From the NCBI GenBank assembly GCA_030390025.1, contig CM059432.1, positions 133,550,001 to 133,614,000 of the forward strand: a DNA stretch of 64,000 nucleotides, written 5' to 3'. Source of the DNA: Squalus acanthias. Lineage: Eukaryota. The notes below the pieces were generated by a model. That model did no database searches. It had not been told where the DNA came from and saw only the letters and a list, made by a program, of their open reading frames with translations. A program made the position numbers and the translations under genes. This document shows, in pieces, positions 35,364-48,359 of the stretch (position 1 is the first letter of the stretch; each line of letters begins with the position of its first letter).

Positions 35364-36841
35364 TAATTAGTTCATGGGTTCCCACATGCTGCAACTCAAT
35401 TGCCCAATTAAGTGAAAATTGCATCCACATTAATCTGGAGTCGGGGGGACGACACGAAATGCAGATTACACGACCCCAAGACAAAATCCAGCCCATAGAG
35501 TACAAAAGCCAGGAAGTTATGGTAAACTGATATAAAACACTAGTTCGGCCCCAGCTGAATTCTGGGCACCACACTTCAGGAAGGACCTGAAGGCTTTGGA
35601 GATCTTACGAAGAGATTTACTAGAATGGTTCCAGGGATGAGGGATTTCAGTTACGTGGACAGACAGGAGATAGACTTAGAGCAGATAAGGCTAAGAGGAG
35701 ATTTGATAGAGGTGTTTAAAATCATGACGGTGTAGATGGAGTAAATAAAGAGAAACTGTTTCCAATGGCTGATAGATCGATAACCAGAGGGCACAGATTT
35801 AAGGTGATTGGCAAAAGATCCAGAGGCGACATGAGAAAAGTTTTTTACGCAACTGATGGTTAAGATTTGGAATGCACTGCCCGATAGGGTGGTGGATACA
35901 GATTCAATAGTAGCCTTCAAAAGGGAATTGGATAAACACTTGAAGGAGAAACAATTGCAGGGATATGGGGAAAGAGCGGGGGAGTGGGACTAACTGGATC
36001 GCTCTTCGAAAGAGCCGGCGCGGACTCGATGGGCCGAATGGCCTCCTACTGTGCTGTACTATTCTATGATTATCACATTGCTTTTTGTGGGAGCTTGCTG
36101 TGCGTGTTTCCTACATTACAACAGTGACTACACTTCAAAAGTACTTCATTGGCTGCAAAGCGCTTTGGGACGTCCTGAGGTCGTGAAAGGCGCTATATAA
36201 ATGTAAGTCTTTCTTTTTTTAAGCAGGTCACCGATATTAAAGTTGTAAGTGCAATTAATAATTTCTATTACTCATAAAATTACTTTTCTTTAAATGCCCA
36301 GAATCTCTCTCCGTGACTGAATAAATTTCAAGAAATATTTATTTGCAATTGGATAATGAACCTCATACATTTTTCTGGTCATAAAATTCAAGTTACAAAT
36401 TACCTGCATTTTATTGCGCATGGTAAAACATGTTACTGTACCCTACTGGGTGAAACAATGTCACAACGTTTCATCGACAGTAATAAAAGTGTAACACAAA
36501 ACTGATGACAATTTGGAGGAAAAGAGAATCAATGTGAACACATTACTGCTCAGTAAAAAAAATGAAGATGAATGGTGGCAAACTACAATATGGATTGCTG
36601 GAGATATTCTTTTGAGCTCTTAAGGACCGAGTCTGACTTGTGTCGCTTGACAACCATCCCATTTTCATGTAAATTATATTTTGTCATGTTGTGCCAGTGC
36701 AAGGGGAAAAATAAATAAATACACGTCTGGTTAAACCATTCCGTATCTAAACGCACACAACATATTCTAGGCTTAATCGGTTAATGTTCCAGTTTGCAAC
36801 AACCCTTAAACGAGGCTATAAAATATATTTTCTTTAAATAC

Positions 36842-37048
36842 CTCAACAATGGCACCATCAGGCAGCCGAAGGAAATGCCTGTACAGCTCTTGCAAGCCAC
36901 TGAGGTGTATGATGTAGATAGACACATGTGTGGTGATCTCTCCGCAGCCAGCCTCTGCTCCAGAGGTTTGATTGTGCTCCTGGGGTCCACAGCTACAGGA
37001 CGGGTGTGCGGTGAGCTCATCATTCCAGATGTAGTCGTACACTGCCAC
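36842..37048 (-). CDS. Internal coding exon (207 nt, phase 0 to 0): VAVYDYIWNDELTAHPSCSCGPQEHNQTSGAEAGCGEITTHVSIYIIHLSGLQELYRHFLRLPDGAIVE
   Basis: Acceptor tcttccttatctcactag|GTG; donor GAG|gtattt; GC-richer than AT-rich flanks; exactly 69 codons. Confidence 0.75.
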
Positions 37049-38387
37049 CTAGTGAGATAAGGAAGACCCCCCCCAAACCCACCACCCCCCCCCCACATAT
37101 GAGTTCGATTAGTCACTGTTCAAAGACGCATCCTATCTGAACAGCTCACAGCAAACCTGGAAAGGTTGTGGCACATACCTGCATCAAATGATTGTTATTT
37201 AGTATTTCACGTCAGTCAAGACAGCTTAAAGCACTTGGCATGCATTCCATGTATTTATGTTAAACAGGGAAGTGGGGGGATGCTGAATGCAATGGCTTTT
37301 CTAATTTGAGTGCAGCATGCCAGTAACTCCCAAATTCAGTGGAAATGGCACATTTTTTTAAAGGGACAAAAAAAAGTCGGTATTAAATAGTGAGGCCCAG
37401 CTCAGATAATTAAGAGAAATGGCCAAAGGTTTTCTACATAGGATGTGTCAGCCGCATGAACAACACATGGCTCGGCTCCAACGTCTTAGCTGACAAGAAA
37501 CCGCAAAATATTTTCTTAGTGTTCGGTAACACACCATTGAAAATCATCCTTTAGTGCAAGAAAAATATATGAAAACTGACAATGAAGACAAGTAACGACA
37601 GGCTGGCGCATTGCAAGTTTTGGAGAGTTTGTTTGCCGTAGTCATGGCTCTTAATATTCCTCATGAGGTTTCTTTTAATATACTGCAATTCTTTAAACAT
37701 TGTCAAGGATTAGCACTGAAGGGTGCCACTTGTCAGGACTCTCGTTTCAAAGATAATGCATTTACAGGATTCTGTTGCTTTTGTCGAACAAGGTTGAGCT
37801 CCTCGATGGTGTTCTTTGTTTACAAGTGCTGGAAGCCTCCACAGCCCGCACCTACCTCCTGCTGCTGTGATTAGCAGGAAGTAGGAGTGTGGAGTGAATA
37901 AAAAGTGCAATCAATGAAATTGATTTCACCTACTACAAAAATGCATAAATAAATAAAATGCTGAAAATGGACTGTCCTTGGGTCTGAATCTTTAGATCTT
38001 TTCACATTTGTGTTTACAAATAAAAGATTGCGTTCACGGGGCCCTTGAGCAGAAATGTCTCGAAGGAATTTCTCGCCTGTGCTTTAAAAAGTGTTCGCTA
38101 CTCTACAAGGATTATTAGACTGTGCAGATGAATACGTGTAGGTAAAGGTCACAGTAATATAATGTGCTAATCTAGCATAAAGCTAAGGAGGTGGCTGTTT
38201 GGCACTGCAATAGTGGCCTGCAGAACTTAAACATGCCAAATTGCACTCAAGATCCACTAACTCTTACAGAATTTACCTTTAAATGTGCCCAATGAAATTT
38301 AATTTATGACTCATTTCCATGATGGTACAAATTTAATTCAGTTAGGTGAGATAGCAGAGTCGATACAAGGCTCATTAATATACATTA

Positions 38388-38617
38388 TTTTTCACGCAGT
38401 GACTTGTTATGATCTGGAATGCACTGCCTGAAAGGGTGGTGGAAGCAGATTCAATAGTAACTTTCAAAAGGGAAATGGATCTCTACTTAAAAAAAGGATA
38501 AATTTGCAGAGCTATGGGGAAAGAGCAGGGGAGTGAGACTAATTGGGTAGCTCTTTCAGAGAGCTGGCATAGGTTCGATGGGCCGAATGGCCTCCTTCTG
38601 TGCTGTGTGATTCTATA
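38388..38617 (+). mobile_element. CR1 3' end
   Basis: TGGAATGCACTGCCTGAAAGGGTGGTGGAAGCAGATTC..GGGCCGAATGGCCTCCTTCTGTGCTG. Confidence 0.9.
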
Positions 38618-38987
38618 TGCTAACACGAACATACAAAGATAGTTGGAAATAATGAAAGAGCACAATGGAGAGTAGGGATCTGCGAGGATAGAACTATGCA
38701 TATATGTGTACACCCAGTGCAATAGTTTTACTGTGTGAGCACGACAAGTCGGGACAGGCAAAAGATCAGTGCTAAGCTGAACAGTTTTGCCTATTCAGCA
38801 CCTGCTCAGGTCATTGACTGCACAGTATTAAAAACTCTGCAAGTGAAAGCTCCCAACATTTTTTGATCATTAAAAACAAATTTTCAGAATTGCTCCTTCC
38901 TACATTTTTTTTTGTTTTACTTGCAGTTTTTGAGTGACCTCATCCAGACGCGAGCAGGCTGCAGGCACTACAGCAGTAGCACTCTAA

Positions 38988-39708
38988 GGGGGAGAAATTC
39001 AGTATCGCCCCACTTGGGGGCGGTAACTTTTTTAAGCTGGGAAATTTAGCGCCAGACGCTAATGATTCCCAGCTTTTAGAAAACTGGGTTTTAGCGCTCC
39101 AGGAATCAAGTGGAGCGCTAAATCAAGCAGGCAGGGCAGTAGGTGTGCAGCGCTGCACACTGGGCCATGCAGCGCTGCCGTGTTGGAAGGCTCCTTCCCT
39201 CCCTTAAAGGGAAGGGCCATCGCTGCAGGCTCTGCATTGGGAAAACTTACCTGGTCCCTGACGGCAGCTGCGATCCGGCCCGATCAGCCCGATGCACTGC
39301 AGCAGAGTGCCGGGCTGATCGAGCGCTGGCGAAGACAAAGGTAAAAAAAAAGAGAAAGAGCATTTCAGAATTTTTTTTTTTACTTACCTCGGCCGCCTCG
39401 CTTTTAAGTATCGCCCCCGAAGCGCCCGGCCTCCCGATGAACGCCTCCTGCAGCTGCCGGTGTTTTCGCCCGGCGATGCTGCAGGGAGCAACACCGAAGT
39501 TCGGGTCCGGGACGCTACCGCTGCGCTGCGCAGCCGGATGACGTCATGATCTCCGGGCACAGGAGATCATGGCGCTAGGGGTTACTGCTGCCGCAAACCG
39601 CCAGGTGAATTTTGCGGGTGGCGGTAACATCGCCGCGCCCGGGCGGTAAGTTGTTAGCGCCCCCCTGGAGGTGCTAACGGGAGGCGCTAACCAACCAAAT
39701 TTCTCCCC
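38988..39708. mobile_element. PIF/Harbinger-type MITE, same family as 28186-28950
   Basis: TIR GGGGAGAAATT / AATTTCTCCCC; flanks TAA/TAT; shared internal blocks AGTGGAGCGCTAAATCAAGC, CCTTAAAGGGAAGGGCC, CCGGATGACGTCA. Confidence 0.88.
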
Positions 39709-40469
39709 TATTGCCTGATGCTTCATTTCCTCCCAATCTGTCTCCCGACTCCCAAGAAAGGTTTATGGGACCCGGGAGACGCAGGAAAAGGTTGCGTAAA
39801 GTATTTTGCACTTTAATAAAAAGGAGGGGAAAAAAGATGTAAAATAGTTAGAATACAGTATGTTAGTTAGAAATAAAGTAAAACATAAACTTAAAACAGT
39901 AAAAAAAAAAGAGGGAGAGAGCATGAGGGGGAGGAAGACAAGATTTTTAAACTTTTTTATTTAACTTTTTTAAAGGGTTATAATTTTGTAGCATATTACA
40001 ATATAAAGCTACTTTTGACTATCCATTACCTTCTATTGCTGTGCTATTAGAGGTGTTTGAGCATTGCAGTGTGTGAATTGAATACTTAAAATAATGGCTT
40101 GCCCAGGGTGACTGGAATTCCTTAGAGTTGCTGGCAGTCTAAGGGTTAACGACAACCATCTTTATATGTTTATGTTCCACTTTTGATGCAATCAGTTTAA
40201 AGATTATTTAACTAAAGAATAAAGCAAAAGGAAACTCTCTTCAGAAAGCTTAGCAAGAAGTGAGTTAAATATCCAGAAAGATTCATTTGTTTTATTACTA
40301 CGGATATAAGCAAACTGGTAAAATCCACGTATATTTAATCAGTGCACCCTAACTGATGCCAATCTTTATACACATCCTGTATTTATCCATGGATATTCAT
40401 TTGAAGGGCTATAATAACAATGTCTGAAACTAATGAACCTGGAAAAACAAAATAAATTTCTCTTGAGTA

Positions 40470-40778
40470 AGAAAGACTTGCATTTCTATAGCGCCTTTCG
40501 TGAACTTGGGAGGTCCCAAAGTGCTTTACAGCCAATGAAGTACGTTTTGAAGTTCAGTCACTGTTGTAATGTAGGAAACATGGCAGCCAATTTGTACACA
40601 GCAAGCTCCCACAGACAGCAATGTGATCATTTGTTTTTAGGTGTTGTTTGAGCGATAAATATTGGCCAGGACACTGGGGAGAACTCCCCTGCTCTTGTTC
40701 AAAATAGTGCCATGGGATCTTTTACATCCACCTGAAAGAGCAGATGGGGCCTCGGTTTAACATCTCATTCGAAAGACA
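40470..40778 (-). mobile_element. Deu-SINE, head missing
   Basis: Reverse complement of the Deu core and tail. Confidence 0.85.
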
Positions 40779-41159
40779 GAAGAAAGTAGTCCAGTAATGC
40801 ATATCCACTCTGTGTTTTATGATTGACTTATTCTATGCTTTGTGATTGATCCATCCCATATTTTGTGATAGATGTTTCTAGTTAGGTGTTTGGCACAAGT
40901 AGTGGTCGGAATAAGATGCACACATGGCTGAAGAAGGCTATCTCATTCTGCTACAACTTGCTCCAATGGTCAATCACTGAGTCTTCATAGAGAAATTCAC
41001 ATCCTGGGTAACCCTACCTTTCTAGCTGAAGGAAGTGGCACAGAACAAATATGCTTACGGAAAGAAAAACTGGGGGAAATTATGAGAAGCAATCAGTCTG
41101 CTACGCAACACTGCATTATTACTTGCACTGCAGTATAGTGTAGGACATCTACTAAATTA

Positions 41160-41758
41160 TTGGTCCAGATTTTGCGTTAATAATAACGGTAAGGCTAACA
41201 GTGCTCACCGTTATTGTGGAGTAAATTGAACAGCAACTTCCGGAGTACACACATGCGTAGTTAAACGCTGAAATCTGGAAGCTGCCGTCCGAGTTACCTT
41301 GCTCCTCCACAGGCTGCGTTCTAAAAGTACCTTGCTGATAGACTTGGCATTGAAATACATGCAACAGCATGAAGTTGGGGTACTTACCCATTAGTTACCC
41401 ACTAAACATGCCAGAAAAAGTTAGGGCTGGTGCATTCAGGAGTAAGTGAATTTTTAACAGCATGATAAGTGATAATTACTATGAAACAACCTCTCTGGCC
41501 CTGAAAATTTAATTTTACAAGTGTGGAGTCTCATTCCTTCAGAAGTTAATTAGTGTTGGAGATATAAAAAAATAAAAATTTAAAACATTTTATTTTTACT
41601 TTTTCTGTTTCTTTTATCTCTCTCTCAATTCCATCTTTCTTTGCCAATCTGTATTTTGCTTTATGTACATGATTTAAATCTAATTTATACTTCCTGCTTT
41701 ATACTTCCTGGTTTGGACTCTGCGTGGCTTAGTGACGATTCTTCAATCTGATTGGTTG
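41160..41758. mobile_element. Decayed MITE (related to 45331-46092)
   Basis: Start TGGTCCAGATTTTGC; shared motifs with the 45 kb copy (GCAACTTC.GG, TGGCC.TG.AAA.TAATTTTA). Confidence 0.55.
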
Positions 41759-41771
41759 AAGAACCTCAATG

Positions 41772-42396
41772 CCCGTCCGGCGGAGGCGAAGGTCCCCAAT
41801 GGAGGGCTCTCTACGCGGGAGTCTTCCCTTGTTCTATTGGGGACTTGGCCTGGAGGGTGTTGCACGGAGCAGTCCCATGCAATAGATTGTTAAGTAGGTT
41901 TACGGACTCCCAGGCCGCTTGCCATTTCTGCAGCCTGGAGGAGTCCGTGTTTCACACATATGTTGAGTGTGAGAGGTTGCAGCCCCTCTTTCATTACTTG
42001 AAGGGGCTGCTCCCCAATTTCTGGTTGCACTTCAGCCCCACGCTCCTGATCTACGGTAACCCGGTGCGGAGGGGAGTGGGCAGGTCGGAGGACCTCCTCG
42101 TGGGACTGCTCCTGGGCCTGGCTAAGAAAGCCATTAATTGGTCCAGGCAGCAGGCGGTCGAGGGGGTTGTTCGGCCTGATTGCCTGCCTCTCTTCCGCGG
42201 CCATGTTCGCGCCCGGGTGGCCCTGGAGATGGAGCACGCGGTGTCCGCCGGCACGCTTGAGTTTTTCCGCGACCGGTGGGCGCCGCGGGGACTGGAGTGC
42301 ATCGTCACCCCGGACTACCAAATTTTAATTTAATTTGTTAAGTTTCCTTTAAAGTTTTATTGAGTTACAGTTACGTTATTGGTTTATCAGAAGAGA
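41772..42396 (+). mobile_element. Tx1-clade (L1-like) non-LTR retrotransposon, 5'-truncated ORF2 C-terminus (zf-RVT) + 3' UTR
   Basis: DLAWRVLHGAVPCN..CHFCSLEESVFHTYVEC..LLLGLAKKAI; 13-bp TSD AAGAACCTCAATG (41759-41771, 42397-42409). Confidence 0.9.
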
Positions 42397-42699
42397 AAGA
42401 ACCTCAATGTTTCTTACTATCCAATTTCTAGTATCATTTTTGCTCTACGTAAATATGAAAAGCCCAGACGGAATTCTAAGCTGCAGAAAGGCCCAGTATG
42501 TCACGTCTGAACCTAACCAGAGGTTATCTATTTTAAACCTCTAAAAATTAAAAAAACTACCTGGGTTTCCTTGATTGATTCAGTAACTGGCAGATTATGG
42601 ATTTCAATATAATTGTGAGGATTAACCATCTGTAATGAGATTTATTGCTTTTTCCTCAATGGATGAAAGCACCCTATAAACCAAGGTAAGAGACAATAC

Positions 42700-42723
42700 C
42701 TGGATGATGACCTTGAGTAACAT
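42700..42723 (-). CDS. Candidate coding exon end MLLKVIIQ; may hold the start codon, and the frame stays open upstream to ~42780
   Basis: Donor CAG|gtattg, phase 0, joins to VAVYDYIW; ATG in GGAGAGATGT context; candidate acceptors with exon starts at 42743, 42756 or 42778. Confidence 0.5.
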
Positions 42724-42956
42724 CTCTCCTTCACCAATGGATGCTATTGGGAAAGTCTGATGGTGTAGCACATTGGAGCTTCAAATGGCTGCTTCACAAA
42801 GTGATATGAAGCATAAAGCATGTTTGTACCTGCAATTCCCCTCACAGTGACTGTTCCTATCTCAGCTGTATCATTACAGGTAATAACCAAACAGGTACAA
42901 ATTTCATTCAGTTAGCTGAGATATCAGAGTCGCTACAAGACTCATTAATATAACAT

Positions 42957-43112
42957 AATTTGACACCGAGCCACATAAGGAGAGATTAGGACAGATGACC
43001 ATAAGCTTGGTCAACGGGGTAGGTTTTAAGGAGCGTCTTAAAGGAGGAGAGAGAGGTAGCGAGGCTGAGAGGCTTAGGAAGGGAATTCCAGAGCTTAGGG
43101 CCTAGACAGCTG
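42957..43112 (-). mobile_element. L2 fragment
   Basis: TTTGACACCGAGCCACATAAGG..GGGAATTCCAGAGCTTAGGGCC. Confidence 0.88.
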
Positions 43113-43797
43113 TAGGTAGATATTATCTATCTGCATAATATAGTATCTGTAGATCGATAGATGGACGTTTAAGGGTGCTTTCCCAAAGGGAGGAAGTAAG
43201 CAAAACTAAGAGGCCAGTAACTTCGGCCTGCTCTCATTCAGGTCTTAGTGGCCAGTGAAAGAGCAGCAATATTGGGGGCCCAGAAGAAAGCCTGCAGCCT
43301 ACTCTGTTGGCTGGAAATGGCATATAGTGTAAGGGGAGCAAAAAAAAGTGTATACTCAAATAACTTGTAGCTAACGGGCTCTACTCACATTTTACATTTA
43401 AATAGCAGTACTGTACCTAAACTGAAGGCCTGGAGCCCCCCTTTTTAATTCACTTACAAAAGGCCCTTTCTGGCGCGGCTCTGTGAACTTAGGATTTGCT
43501 CATCTTTCAATACATTTCAGTTTGGTTCCCAACCCACAGAAAAAACCCGTCAATATAAAGTGTCTCAGCCTCACCTCTAATTTCCCCTGTTTTGTCCAAC
43601 GTAAAAAGAAAGGCTTGGCCCATCCGTCAGTGCTGTGCTCTGGGGCCATGCCATGAGGTAAATGTGACCAACTACCGTCAGAAGGAAAACATTGGAGCCC
43701 ATCAGTATGAATAACAGAAGAGTTCCTAATTATATGATGAGAGAGGATCAAAGTTTTGATGGCAAAAGTCGAATATACACATATATATATATATAAT

Positions 43798-44798
43798 ACA
43801 ACAACAACTCGCATTTATATAGCATCTTTAACGTAGTGAAATGTCCCAAGGTGCTTCACAGGAGCCTTCAACCAAAATTTGACACAGAGCCACCTCAGGA
43901 GATATTAAGACAGGTGACCAAAAGCTTGGTCAAAGAGGCAGGTTCTAAAGAGCATCTTAAGGGAGGAGAGAGACGTAGGGCCAACATTTGCGATCGGAGG
44001 CTTCCCGCGGGCGGACGCCTCTGACCTGTAAAATATCTAGGAATGTACCTGCTGGCCCGGGAGATACGGAGGCTTGCGATCCTGGGCCTCTCCGGGTCCG
44101 TGCGGGCAGAGCCCCACGTATCCCAGGGGCGCAAATGGTTCGTAGGCGCTCCTGGGATCGCATGGGCCTGCCCAACCAATAAAAGAAGGGAATCCCCATT
44201 CACACTTTTGAAAGTTCTGTACATACGGAACTGTCATAAGTATGAATGGGAATCACTTAAAAAATACGCCAACACATGAAATATATTTTTTTAATTACAT
44301 ATTTAAAATGTATTAAAATGCCATTTAATTAAATATATTAAATAAAAATTTAATTTTTGGGGGAAAAAATATAATGTTTTTACGGGGCTGAAAATAAACT
44401 TACCTTTTTGAAGAGTATTTTTAATTTATAAATGAGTGATAAAATTTTATTTTTCTATTTTTTAAAACCCTTATGCTGGTAAAAGCAGGCCTTACGCCTC
44501 TTTTACCAGGCGTAAGCATTTGACAGGCTTTCAGCGGGCGGAAGTTGGACAAATAGCGCAACTCTCCACCCGCAGAGGCCCTTTTCCCGGGGATGCGGAG
44601 GATCTGTCAAGAGGATTCTTGACAGATCACAAGTGCCGGGTTTCAGCGCATGCGCTTCATATGCCAAACCCGGAACTTGTGCAGCCCCTAAGGGCGCGTG
44701 CGCACCTCATACACACCCATGGGGATCGCAAAATACAGCCCATAGAGAGGCGGAGAGTTTTAGGGAGGGAATTCCAGAGCCTAGGGCCCAGGTAGCTG
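43798..44798 (-). mobile_element. L2 3' end split by a Harbinger-type MITE (43978-44741)
   Basis: MITE TIRs GGGCCAACATTTGCGATC / GATCGCAAAATACAGCCC; flanks GTA/ATA; L2 contiguous across it. Confidence 0.88.
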
Positions 44799-44876
44799 TA
44801 GGTAGATATTATATATCTATCCAATACAATATATGTATGTAGATATGTAGATATGTAGGTAGTTAAGGTTGATAGG

Positions 44877-44977
<101 letters not shown>

Positions 44978-45330
44978 GTTTAAGGTTGTTTTTTTAAGAA
45001 TAATTGTTTTCTGTTGCAACATTTTTGCAAAAGATGTGTGGTGCAAGTCTTTTTATTTAAGAAAAATTAGAATCGTAATTCTCCAATTACTCTACTGGGG
45101 GGAATAAAGAGTCAAATTAAAAATGTTTTAGAAATCTCAGAATCTTCCCAGAAATAATGAACTTTGGGAATTGCCTTTTGGAGCTCTTTCTTTTTAAAAC
45201 TGGTCACCTTTGTGTTGTGTGAGGAGAGTGACTGATCCTTGGGATTTCATGGCCCTTGGAGCTGACGTAACATTGCTGGAAGTGCAGCAAACACTCAGGC
45301 ATGCTGAATACTACAATATCCTCTTTTAAA

Positions 45331-46092
45331 GAAATGTGCAGTCGGGATGACGGCAAACTGGCAGCGTTCAGCGTCATTCCATCTTTGAAGCTGACCGCAA
45401 CTTCGGGACATGCCACATGCGGAAATCCAGAAGTTGCGGTCAGTCATTGAAAGCTCCGACACAGGCCGTGCTGTGCACCCCCCCCCCCCTCCGCCCCACC
45501 ACACACAGAGCCGGCAATCTGTGTAATCAGCCAAATCATTGAAGCTGACAAAACCTTCAGCTCTTCCGCAGTAAGTACACTGTCAAATTCCTCACTAAAA
45601 GTTAGACCCAAAGGGATTAGGTGTAACTGGGGATTTGACACCGTTATTACTGCTAAACAAATGTCAATGGCCTGGAAAACTAATTTTAATTTTGTGCAGT
45701 GTAAAATTTGTCCATTTTAATAAAAATTAACATTTTTAAGAATCTTTTAAAAAAGTTATTATTTTTTAAAAAGTTTATCCATTTTTATTTCAGGTTTGCC
45801 TTTTTCCCATGTGAGAGCCCCAATCTTTCTTTTACTCTCTCTAAATATTTTAAAAAGTTAGAATTTTAAGAGCTTACTCACTGTCTGTGAGAATTCTGCC
45901 TTTTGACTGGCTGCTTAGACAGCCTCTTGACGTCACAGCAGTCTGCACAAGGGAATCCCCACTAAACTCCGTTGAATTGAATTGAAGGTCGGAAAACCCC
46001 AAGTTCTCGACACAGGGATCGGGAGATCCTTGTGTGAAGCGTACTTCGGGGCTGGCAGAAAACGCCTTCACTTCGCTGCAAATTCCAGGCCC
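45331..46092. mobile_element. Harbinger-type MITE, left terminus eroded
   Basis: Right end GCTGCAAATTCCAGGCCC; left GAAATGTGCAGTC is a partial inverted match. Confidence 0.6.
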
Positions 46093-47085
46093 AACTGAAC
46101 ACAATCATGAACTTAGCAAAACTACTGAAAGGAAACTAGCCAAAAGCAATTCATCTGAATATTTATTGAACAAACAAATCAGTTATGGTTTACTACTAAT
46201 CAATGGTAAAAATCAGTAATTATTACATCTTCTACTTAGTCAACGGCCATCAGCAATACATCTTGATTGTTGGGACTTAAAGCTAATAAGTGGAAGTGAT
46301 AAATTCTATGATGGTGGAAGGGATTAGACACGCCAATTTTGTAAATTCGAAAGAGAGCCTATATTTAAGTGATGAACGATATGTATTTTTGATAACTAAT
46401 GTAAACCATCTTGACAATTTAAAAAAATGCAAGTAAGGAATTGTATCTGATAGTAAAGCCAAAAGCTTTTGTTCTCATTTATGTCCTTGTCAAATTGAAG
46501 GATGTTACTGGTATTGAATGAGAGTAAAAAAAATAAAACAAAAGTGTAACATTAATGGACTATAACCAATCCTTTATTTTGTTGTTACAGCAGATGGACA
46601 GTGAGCAAAATATATTAGTCTTAATATAGAATTTCAGTTCAATTTGACCCAAACTGACCATCCAAACAGAAAGACTGGAACCGTGCAGCCAAATTCATTC
46701 ATACCAATAAAATGTGTACCATCCCCTTAATTTCCCAATTGTTGATTAAGAATTTTTGAAAAAGAAACCTGTTTTTTTTTTTTTTACAAACGATGCAAAA
46801 CCAAAATGAATCAAGCTATGCAAACCAGTTGTGAGCCATCCCAACCTAACTGCTCAGGTGCTGGTGGGTTTGACTTTTGTGGCTCAGCAGAACACTCAAT
46901 CTAGCTGTTTCAGACAACTAATATATCAACCGCCAGATGTTAGACCTCCATGTAGAATTGAACCTCAAGTTTCCCGATAGTTTAGTGAGTAAATGCATCA
47001 TATGCTATAGTACTGAACCATACAGATTAGGAAGGTCACAGAGTCAATCCCTGATCTGTGCTGAACACATCTGGAGCAACAGTAG

Positions 47086-47840
47086 TAGGAACACAGGGAC
47101 AGGAGCAGGCAAGTCAGCCCCTCGAGTCTGTTCCGCCACTCAATTGGGTCATGGTTGAAGCTAGGAACTGTGGAGGAGCAGAGAGATTCAGGGGTCTATG
47201 TCCAGAAATCACTAAAAGCTAGTGGACAGGTACAAAAAATAATTAAAAAGGCTAATGGAATGTTAGCCTTTATCGCAGAGGGATTGGAATTCAAAAGTGA
47301 TGCTTCAGTTGTACAGCGCCTTGGTCAGACCCCATCTGGCGTACTGCATTCATTTTTGGGCACCGAACCTCAGGAAAGTTATATTGGCCTTGGAAGGGGT
47401 ACAGCGCAGATTCACCAGAATTATACCAGGGCTTAAAGAGTTAAATTATGAGAATAGGTCGCATAAACGTAGCTTGTATTCCCTTGAGTTTCAAAGTTTG
47501 AGGGGGTATTTAAAATGATAAAGAAATTCAATAGAGTAGATAAACAGAAGCTATTTCCTCTGGTGGGGAATCTAGAACAAGGCAGTATAATCTTAAAATT
47601 AGGCCATTTAGAAGTGAAATCAGGAAGCACTTTTTCACACAAAGGGTAGTGGAAATCTGGAACACTCTCCCTCAAAAGGCTGTGGATGCTGGGTCAATTG
47701 AAATTTTCAAAACTGAGATTGATAGATTTTAGTTAGGTAAGGGTAATAACGGATGTGGAACCAAGGCAGGTAAATGGAGTTGCGATACAGATCGGCCATG
47801 ATCTAAGAGGCTGAATGACCAACTCCTGTTCCTATGTTCA
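47086..47840 (+). mobile_element. CR1 3' fragment (47157-47840, +) preceded by an inverted CR1 tail (47086-47156)
   Basis: EEQRDSGVYV..LYSALVRPHLAYCIHFWAP..QRRFTRIIPG; inverted tail GGAGCAGGCAAGTCAGCCCCTCGAG. Confidence 0.88.
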
Positions 47841-48359
47841 AGGACCTTAGAAAGGAAAGAAAGTTTTCATGCTGCTGCAATAGTGTTTACTCTCCAATCA
47901 CATTTGCCCGAGCATCTATCCATCTATTGACACCTTTTCAAGCTGTTTTTTTATGACCTGGATTCAGAAATGTTCACGTTCCTTCCAATCTGCAAACCTG
48001 CCTCACCAAAAAAACAATTGAGTTCTGATTGTGCTTAGTTGCAGGAATTAGACTTTGGAGCCTAAAGAAACAGGTCTGCTCGGGCCCATCTCCACTTCAG
48101 CAGCAGAATAATACATGGTATAATGTTCCTGTCATTGTAGAACAAAGTTTCATCCAATTTGCCTTGAGCAATCCCATGGGAGATCCACTATTATAGAAAC
48201 TGCAGCAGTTATTCTGTAACTGTGCTGCTCACTGACTATGCGATCTTGCCAAACTCAATACTGAGAGCTAGTCATTCTCTGGAGGGTAACTATGAAGAAC
48301 AATAAATTATAATAAGTTATCTGATAATGAATTCAGCATGACTTTGTTTTCTGAGCTTG

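Larger units (their letters stand above)
34145..35494. mobile_element. PIF/Harbinger-type MITE
   Basis: Perfect 13-bp TIR GGGCTGGATTTTG / CAAAATCCAGCCC; exact TSD ATA. Confidence 0.92.
33678..36218 (+). mobile_element. Deu-SINE (33678-33808 + 36069-36218) split by CR1 (33809-34144 + 35498-36068)
   Basis: SINE stops at ..ACTAAAACTGGT and resumes ATTATCACATTGCT; CR1 KFADDTKL..ILGFINRGI|EYKSQEVM is contiguous across the MITE. Confidence 0.88.

Noticed and set aside
45209..45323. Possible minus exon EDIVVFSMPECLLHFQQ
   Set aside because: Acceptor overlaps a MITE end and the donor is weak; unsupported
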